Made by a program: the position numbers and the translations under genes | The notes under the pieces: model-generated | Databases searched by the model: none | What the model was told of the DNA's origin: nothing | What the model saw: the letters and a program-made list of their open reading frames with translations, nothing else | Shown here: one piece after another, positions 57,809-64,000 of the stretch | How positions within the stretch are numbered: the stretch's first letter is position 1 | Layout of the letters: the number at the start of each line of letters is the position of its first letter | Source of the DNA: an uncultured virus (IMG/VR IMGVR_UViG_3300017786_003062) | Taxonomy: Duplodnaviria; Heunggongvirae; Uroviricota; Caudoviricetes | IMG/VR virus record: IMGVR_UViG_3300017786_003062 | Length of the DNA stretch: 64,000 nt | Reading direction: 5' to 3' (one strand)

Positions 57809-58981
57809 GTGAAGATTGGATTTATTGGTATAGGAAAACTTGGGTTACCTTGTGCAGAAGTTATTGCCGAAAAGGGGAATGATGTAACAGGGTATGATGT
57901 TGCTAATGTTAAAAGCGACAAAGTAACAGTTTGTTCTAGTATCAAAGAAGCTGTTAAGGATAGAAATATTGTATTCATTGCAGTACCTACTCCACATCAT
58001 CCAGACTATGATGGCAAAGCACCTACGGCTCATTTAGAACCTAAAGACTTTGGATACGACATTGTAATTGATTGCATACGTGAAGCAAACATGCATATGA
58101 ATAAAGATCAATTACTTGTATTAATTAGTACAGTATTACCAGGCACAGTACGTAGAGAATTTGCACCACTAGTAACTAATACTAGATTTGTTTATAATCC
58201 TTATTTGATTGCTATGGGTACAGTAGCTTGGGATATGGTTAATCCTGAAATGATTATGATTGGTACAGACGATGGAAGTACTACAGGTGATGCAAAAGAA
58301 TTAGTAGACTTTTACAAAACTATAATGGAAAACGATCCACGTTATGAAATTGGTACGTGGGACGAGTGCGAATGTATCAAAGTATTTTACAATACATTTA
58401 TTAGTGCAAAAATTGGATTAGTTAATATGATACAAGATGTTGCAGAAAAGCAAGGACACATTAATGTTGATGTAGTAACTAATGCACTTGCCAAAAGTGA
58501 TCAGCGTATTATGGGTCCAAGTTATATGAAAGCAGGAATGGGCGACGGTGGAGCATGTCATCCAAGAGATAATATAGCTCTACGCTACATGGCTCAAAAT
58601 TTGGGGTTGCAATATGACATATTTGATGCTATAATGAATGCAAGAGAAGTGCAGGCTAAAAATATGGCAAATTATTTGATTAAGATTGCTGAGGAGCGAT
58701 CTTTACCTATTTTGTTAAATGGCATTGCATATAAACCAGGAGTACCATATACTGACGGAAGTTATAGTTTGTTAGTAGGACATTATTGTAAAGAAGCAGG
58801 CTATCATTGTATTGAAGTTGATCCAATGGCTAGTCCACAACGTGGTCCTTTTACAGCCGTAGCATTATTAGCACATCCAACTCTTTACTGTTATCTTAGT
58901 GAAGGAAGTGTTGTAGTTGATCCTTGGAGAGAGTTCGAGTCTAAAAAGTTAGAAGTATTCCATTATGGAAACACACGATGA
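57809..58981 (+). CDS. ugd: UDP-glucose/GDP-mannose dehydrogenase family protein (GTG start)
   Basis: GIGKLG Rossmann motif, FIAVPTP, STVLPGT, KVFYNTF, GDGGACHPRD (catalytic Cys), GIAYKPG; SD GGAG before GTG 57809. Confidence 0.9.
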   Translation: MKIGFIGIGKLGLPCAEVIAEKGNDVTGYDVANVKSDKVTVCSSIKEAVKDRNIVFIAVPTPHHPDYDGKAPTAHLEPKDFGYDIVIDCIREANMHMNKDQLLVLISTVLPGTVRREFAPLVTNTRFVYNPYLIAMGTVAWDMVNPEMIMIGTDDGSTTGDAKELVDFYKTIMENDPRYEIGTWDECECIKVFYNTFISAKIGLVNMIQDVAEKQGHINVDVVTNALAKSDQRIMGPSYMKAGMGDGGACHPRDNIALRYMAQNLGLQYDIFDAIMNAREVQAKNMANYLIKIAEERSLPILLNGIAYKPGVPYTDGSYSLLVGHYCKEAGYHCIEVDPMASPQRGPFTAVALLAHPTLYCYLSEGSVVVDPWREFESKKLEVFHYGNTR

Positions 58982-59886
58982 AGAAAATTTTAATTGTTGG
59001 TGACAGTAATGCACTAGGTGAGTGGGGAACTATTATTCCAGGACCTGCTTGTGCAAATCCTAAACACCCAGAACTATTTCAACCGTGGAATAAAGACAAA
59101 TATTTAGAAGGTTCTGCACCTAAGCCTTTTCAAGTTGTATGGCCAGGATTTGGTTACAACTTAGATCAAATGGGTCATGCTACTGCCAACTATGCGTTTG
59201 GTGGATCAGGTAACTTTGAAGCAATTTTTAAAGTTGAAGAAGCATTAGGTCTTGCACCTTGTTTTACTAGTCCAGTATTTTATAAACCTGATTTAATCAT
59301 ATGGATGCTTACTGAGCCTTGTAGAGATTTAAAAAGAAGTTTATGGCCAGATGAAGCAGGACTATATGACTTGCAAAAGTATTACGATCAAAGCGAAGAT
59401 AAAATTAAAAATGCTAATAGCATTAAAGAGATAAGTGATGAATTACTTACAATAGCATTAGATGGCGCACAAGCAATTTACGAGCAAACAGGTATACCTT
59501 GGTTAGTAATTGAAGGTTGGGGTAAACTACCTAAAGATATTAGTAAGTATACTTTTATAAAATATGTACATCGTGAGTGGATGGATAAAATAATAGGAAG
59601 ACCAGTACCATTAATTAGTAGTTGGGGTACAGCAGAAAATGTTCGTAGACGTAGACCAGACCTAACAGAAAATGCGGCAGAGAGTTTACGTATGTTTGCT
59701 AGACAAAAACCTGAACTTAATATTCCTCATATACCAGAAGGTGAAGATACAGAGTTTAAAACTATAGTTGACGAATACGAAAAAGTAATTAAAATTATGA
59801 CAGACAGCGACAGGTTCCCAGATAACTGTCATGTAGATAGATTAATACAAGAGGAACTAGCTAACGAGATAGCACCACATGTATGA
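58978..59886 (+). CDS. SGNH/GDSL-like hydrolase or acyltransferase
   Basis: ILIVGDSN, NYAFGGSGN, PDNCH (DxxH). Confidence 0.65.
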   Translation: MKKILIVGDSNALGEWGTIIPGPACANPKHPELFQPWNKDKYLEGSAPKPFQVVWPGFGYNLDQMGHATANYAFGGSGNFEAIFKVEEALGLAPCFTSPVFYKPDLIIWMLTEPCRDLKRSLWPDEAGLYDLQKYYDQSEDKIKNANSIKEISDELLTIALDGAQAIYEQTGIPWLVIEGWGKLPKDISKYTFIKYVHREWMDKIIGRPVPLISSWGTAENVRRRRPDLTENAAESLRMFARQKPELNIPHIPEGEDTEFKTIVDEYEKVIKIMTDSDRFPDNCHVDRLIQEELANEIAPHV

Positions 59887-60550
59887 TATTGTTTTTATAA
59901 GTTACGGTGAAGCAAACGCTGATAGTAATTGGGATAAACTTAAACAACAATATCCGATGGCAAAGCGTGTTAAAGATGTTAAAGGAATTCACCAAGCACA
60001 CGTAGCAGGTGCTAAAAAATGTTTTACAAAAATGTTTTGGGTTGTAGATGGTGACGCCCAGATAGTAGACGATTTTAAATTTGATCACGAAGTTAGTAGT
60101 TACGATTTAGATTGTGTTCATGTGTGGAGAGCAAGAAATCCTGTTAACGGATTAGAGTATGGATATGGTGGAGTTAAGTTATTACCACGTATGCTTACAC
60201 TAAAGATGGACACTACAACAAATGATATGACTACTAGTATTAGTGATAAATTTAAAGCAATGCCAGAAGTTAGTAACATTACTGCGTTCAACACAGATCC
60301 ATTAAGTACATGGCGTGGTGCGTTTAGAGAATGTGCAAAGCTGGCAAGTAAAACAATACAAGGACAACTAGAGGAAGAAACAAATGAACGACTTAAAACT
60401 TGGACTACTCATGCTGATGGAATACATAGTAGATATGCGTTACGAGGTGCTAATGCTGGTATGCAGTTTGGCCTTTCTGACGGCGCTGATTTGGGGTTAA
60501 TAAACGATTTTGAATGGTTAGAACTACAGTATGCAAACGATTCCTTTTAA
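59879..60550 (+). CDS. Glycosyltransferase-like protein, paralogue of 52202-53086
   Basis: IVFISYGE, AKRVKDVKG..AHVAGA, FWVVDGD, NGLEYGYGG, TWRGAFRECAK. Confidence 0.6.
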   Translation: MYDIVFISYGEANADSNWDKLKQQYPMAKRVKDVKGIHQAHVAGAKKCFTKMFWVVDGDAQIVDDFKFDHEVSSYDLDCVHVWRARNPVNGLEYGYGGVKLLPRMLTLKMDTTTNDMTTSISDKFKAMPEVSNITAFNTDPLSTWRGAFRECAKLASKTIQGQLEEETNERLKTWTTHADGIHSRYALRGANAGMQFGLSDGADLGLINDFEWLELQYANDSF

Positions 60551-61490
60551 TAACATAACGTCTTTAGGACAAAAAACAATGTTAGACAATCCGTTGTTTA
60601 ATGTTAGTTGGATACTTGGACGTTTTTGTAATTATAAATGTAGCTACTGTTGGCCTTATGCAAATACAGATAAGCCTGACCATCAAGAATTAAGTTTATA
60701 TAAAAGTACTATTGATGAAATAAAAAGTCAAGCAAGAGACAATGGGTATACACAATTTCATTTTAGTTTTAGCGGAGGAGAACCAACAGCATATAAAGAC
60801 TTTGGGGAGCTCATAGAGCATTACTGTAGTGATACAGCACCAGAATATCAAAGTTTACATATGACTACAAATTTATCACCAGGAAGTAAATGGTGGAACA
60901 AATGGTTAGAAGCAACTAAAGGATTACAACGTAGAAGTATTACAGCAAGTTTCCATGCAGAGTTTGCAAATGAACAAGAGTTTGGAGACAAGTGTTTACA
61001 ACTTATGAAAGAAGGAGTACTAGTAACAATCAATCAAGTTATGGTACCCGATCTATGGAAGGAATATTATGAAAGATCATTACGATTTATTGATAGAGGA
61101 ATACATGTTACTCTTAAGCCACAAAGCGACCCAACTGCGTCATTTGTGGTCAGTGGTTACACGGAAGAACAAACAAAAATCCTACAAACAGAATCAGAGC
61201 AACAAACCGCACAAGTTAGGCTCAAAGCAAATGATGGAATAGAATACGAACTTGACCAAGCAGAAAGATTAAATGCATTTGGCTTTAATAAGTTTAAAGG
61301 CTGGACTTGTAACGCAGGATATCAAAGTTGCATCATACGTGGCGATGAAGTTAAAAGAGCTTACAGTTGTAGCGATGAACCTCTAGGTACGCTTAAAGAC
61401 GGTTTTACGCTGTTTAAGACACCATCTAAGTGTGTAACTGATACGTGTGTTAGTAGTGCAGATAATAAAATACCAAAGGTACAACTATGA
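60531..61490 (+). CDS. Radical SAM protein with C-terminal Cys-rich (twitch-like) domain
   Basis: CNYKCSYC, FSGGEPT; C-terminal CNAG..C..C..CVTDTC. Confidence 0.9.
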   Translation: MQTIPFNNITSLGQKTMLDNPLFNVSWILGRFCNYKCSYCWPYANTDKPDHQELSLYKSTIDEIKSQARDNGYTQFHFSFSGGEPTAYKDFGELIEHYCSDTAPEYQSLHMTTNLSPGSKWWNKWLEATKGLQRRSITASFHAEFANEQEFGDKCLQLMKEGVLVTINQVMVPDLWKEYYERSLRFIDRGIHVTLKPQSDPTASFVVSGYTEEQTKILQTESEQQTAQVRLKANDGIEYELDQAERLNAFGFNKFKGWTCNAGYQSCIIRGDEVKRAYSCSDEPLGTLKDGFTLFKTPSKCVTDTCVSSADNKIPKVQL

Positions 61491-61801
61491 AGAAGTTATG
61501 GGAACGCTATAAGGCGCATGATAAAAAAGTAAAAGAAGCACAAGCAAACTTTAAAGTTTCTGATATAAAGAACAAATACGTTAGAGCATTGATGTGGATT
61601 TTTATGCTTAAATTTGTATGGGATATTACTACATTATTTGAAAAGTATTTGCCTATGCCAACAGTATATAAAATACTAGGATTAGGATGGACAAAGTTAG
61701 GCTATTATGTGTTTTGGTTATTATGGTTTATATTCTTAGTAGTAGTATTATACAATGTATTAGGTGAAGAAGCCTTTGATAAGTTAGTTAACGAATTATG
61801 A
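61487..61801 (+). CDS. Small membrane protein
   Basis: 104 aa with two hydrophobic segments; ATGA-coupled on both sides. Confidence 0.65.
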   Translation: MKKLWERYKAHDKKVKEAQANFKVSDIKNKYVRALMWIFMLKFVWDITTLFEKYLPMPTVYKILGLGWTKLGYYVFWLLWFIFLVVVLYNVLGEEAFDKLVNEL

Positions 61802-62409
61802 AAATAGATATTAAAGATATTAAGTTTTGGATGGACGCTATTCGTAACAGCGATGACAGAAGCCGTACCTTAGAAAGTTTTTGGGGCGGACAGTTAGAAT
61901 CTAAAACTTGGTTAGTTGATATTCTACAAGCAAAGGCTAAAACAATTAGTAATGCTAGTGTTGTTATACATGGCGGTTGGAATGGTGTGTTAGCAAATAT
62001 GTTATTCAATAGTGATATTGGTATTAAACATATTACAAGTGTAGACCTTGATCCTGTTTGTAAAGAAATTGCAAGTACAGTAAACAAGCGTCAAGAGATG
62101 GAAGGTATGTTTGAAGCAGTTACAGCAGATATGTGTACTTACGAATATACAACTAGTCCTTATTTTGTTATTAATACAAGTTGCGAACATATTACACAAG
62201 AACAATATATGCAATGGTTAAATAATATACCAAAGGGTACAAAGATAATTTTACAATCTAATAACTACACCGAGTTAGAAGAACATGTTAACTGTAGTGA
62301 AACGCTTGGCGAGTTTGAAAAGAAATCAAAGTTAAAAATTGAAGTTGCAAAAGAATTAGAATTAACAAAATATAAACGATTTATGATTATAGGAACAAAA
62401 GATGTATAA
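61798..62409 (+). CDS. Class I SAM-dependent methyltransferase-like protein
   Basis: VVIHGGWNG motif I variant, SVDLD, TADM, VINTSCEH. Confidence 0.7.
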   Translation: MKIDIKDIKFWMDAIRNSDDRSRTLESFWGGQLESKTWLVDILQAKAKTISNASVVIHGGWNGVLANMLFNSDIGIKHITSVDLDPVCKEIASTVNKRQEMEGMFEAVTADMCTYEYTTSPYFVINTSCEHITQEQYMQWLNNIPKGTKIILQSNNYTELEEHVNCSETLGEFEKKSKLKIEVAKELELTKYKRFMIIGTKDV

Positions 62410-63400
62410 CTACGAAGATATTACATCAATACATTTAGAAGTTACAACAAGGTGCCAAGCAAGATGTCCTATGTGTCCAAGAAGGATCAATGGTGGACCT
62501 GAACTTGACAGTTTAGATCTTACAGAAATTAGTTACCAACAATTTACAAAATGGTTTCCTGTAAGTTTTGTACAACAATTAAAGTTTCTAAATATGTGTG
62601 GTAACTTAGGCGATCCTATTATGGCCAAAGACACACTAGGCATAATGCAATACCTACGTAAGCACAATCCTTTTATGACCTTGCAAATGCACACTAACGG
62701 AAGTGCAAGAACTACTGATTGGTTTAAAAGTCTTGCAGATGTAGGAGTAAAAATTGTATTTGGTATTGACGGACTAGGAGATACTCATGCGTTATATAGA
62801 ATTAGTACAAACTATGAGAAAATTTTAGAAAACGCACAAGCATTTATTGAAGCAGGTGGAGATGCAAGATGGGATATGCTTGTATTCAAACATAACGAAC
62901 ACCAAGTAAGTGCATGTGAACAATTAAGTAAAGACTTAGGCTTTAAAGGATTTAGTATTAAGCATACTACACGTTTTAGAGATGGTAAGTTAGATGTAAT
63001 TGATGACGACTATAATATTACGCATACACTATTACCATCACAAAAGAGTTTAGAAATGATTGCTCCAGCAGAAAAAGCTAGGAACGAATCTATGCCAACT
63101 ATTAATTGTAAAGCAGTTCAAGATAAACAAATGTATATTGCCGCAAACGGAAACGTTAGTCCTTGTTGTTGGTTAGATTTAGAATGGTTACCACAACACT
63201 CTCATTCAAGAATAGATTACATGACAAAAATTAAAGAATATCCTAATTTACACAATCATTCATTTGAAGAGATTTTTGACAACGGCTTTTTTAACAAGAT
63301 TAGTAGTTGTTGGACTAGTACTGGACTTAAAGAATGTTCAAAACAATGCGGAACGTTTGATAAACTAAACGCACAGTTTGAAAGGCATGAGCATGAGTAA
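62402..63400 (+). CDS. Radical SAM protein with C-terminal SPASM/twitch domain
   Basis: CQARCPMC, CGNLGDP, HTNG, FGIDG; C-terminal C..YIAANGNVSPCCW..CSKQC. Confidence 0.9.
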   Translation: MYNYEDITSIHLEVTTRCQARCPMCPRRINGGPELDSLDLTEISYQQFTKWFPVSFVQQLKFLNMCGNLGDPIMAKDTLGIMQYLRKHNPFMTLQMHTNGSARTTDWFKSLADVGVKIVFGIDGLGDTHALYRISTNYEKILENAQAFIEAGGDARWDMLVFKHNEHQVSACEQLSKDLGFKGFSIKHTTRFRDGKLDVIDDDYNITHTLLPSQKSLEMIAPAEKARNESMPTINCKAVQDKQMYIAANGNVSPCCWLDLEWLPQHSHSRIDYMTKIKEYPNLHNHSFEEIFDNGFFNKISSCWTSTGLKECSKQCGTFDKLNAQFERHEHE

Positions 63401-64000
63401 AACATTTTGTCCTTTACCTTGGATACATTTAGCAACACGACCTAACGGTGACGTTAGAGTTTGTTGTACTGCTAATGCATCAGGTGCAGGGATAGAAGAT
63501 GACAAAACAGTAGGGCTTGTTAAGAAAGACGGCATTGCTATGAATATGCGTGACCATACTATTGAAGAAGTATGGAATAGTGAGCATATGCGTAACACAA
63601 GATTGCAAATGCTAAATGACCAAGTACCTGCAAGTTGTCGTAAATGTTTTGCAGAAGAAGAAAAGGGTATTGTAAGTAAGCGTCAATGGGAAACTAAAGT
63701 GTGGGAAAAGCGTTTAGACATTGATAGTATTGTAGAACAAACAGACGCAGACGGTAACTTACCTGTTAACATTCCTTACTTTGATTTACGCCTTGGTAAC
63801 TTGTGCCAATTAAAGTGCGTAATGTGTAGTCCACATGATTCAAGCAGTTGGATTAAAGAATGGAAACTACAAAAACCTAAATACAAAAACAAAGACTTAA
63901 TTGCAGAACAAAGTTGGGATCAAGACTTTGATTATACTTGGTACAAGAAAGGATCCTTCCTTGATTCTATGAAAGACCAAGCACAACATATTAAAGAATT
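63393..64000 (+). CDS. Radical SAM protein with N-terminal SPASM/twitch-like domain (partial, runs off window)
   Basis: Not in ORF track. MSKTFCPLPWIHLATRPNGDVRVCC...IEEVWNS...CRKC...DLRLGNLCQLKCVMC; open to window end. Confidence 0.88.
   Translation, partial: MSKTFCPLPWIHLATRPNGDVRVCCTANASGAGIEDDKTVGLVKKDGIAMNMRDHTIEEVWNSEHMRNTRLQMLNDQVPASCRKCFAEEEKGIVSKRQWETKVWEKRLDIDSIVEQTDADGNLPVNIPYFDLRLGNLCQLKCVMCSPHDSSSWIKEWKLQKPKYKNKDLIAEQSWDQDFDYTWYKKGSFLDSMKDQAQHIKE

Noticed and set aside
282..63400. Stop-codon reassignment or inteins, as found in some large phages
   Set aside because: Core genes are full length in the standard code, TAG and TGA serve as real stops, and no intein-like insertions were evident in gp20, gp23, gp46 or gp47

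Overview
Segment of a large, AT-rich T4-like (myovirus) bacteriophage genome using the standard genetic code. From left to right it holds four blocks. (1) A minus-strand head module: major capsid gp23, scaffold gp22, protease gp21, an acidic core protein and portal gp20, coupled to a tape-measure-like gene. (2) A divergent gp26/gp51-like chaperone pair and putative internal head proteins, followed by a minus-strand gp55-gp47-gp46-GIY-YIG block. (3) A plus-strand baseplate/tail-fibre module (gp53, gp5, gp25, gp6, a 4944-aa giant protein, fibre paralogues). (4) A cluster of more than 14 kb encoding glycosyltransferase-like proteins, a UDP-sugar dehydrogenase, SGNH-like proteins, a methyltransferase and five radical-SAM enzymes. 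The most notable signals outside the ORF track are: a ~370-nt highly structured minus-strand non-coding element starting at the stop codon of a stand-alone GIY-YIG nuclease; a -1 frameshift cassette (slippery heptamer plus hairpin) joining the gp26-like gene to an ATG-less gp51-like frame; a second structured RNA with its own promoter downstream of the capsid gene (truncated at the window start); and TAAATA late promoters, some apparently giving leaderless mRNAs and some lying inside the glycan/radical-SAM cluster. All product calls come from motif recognition by eye; no database searches were run.
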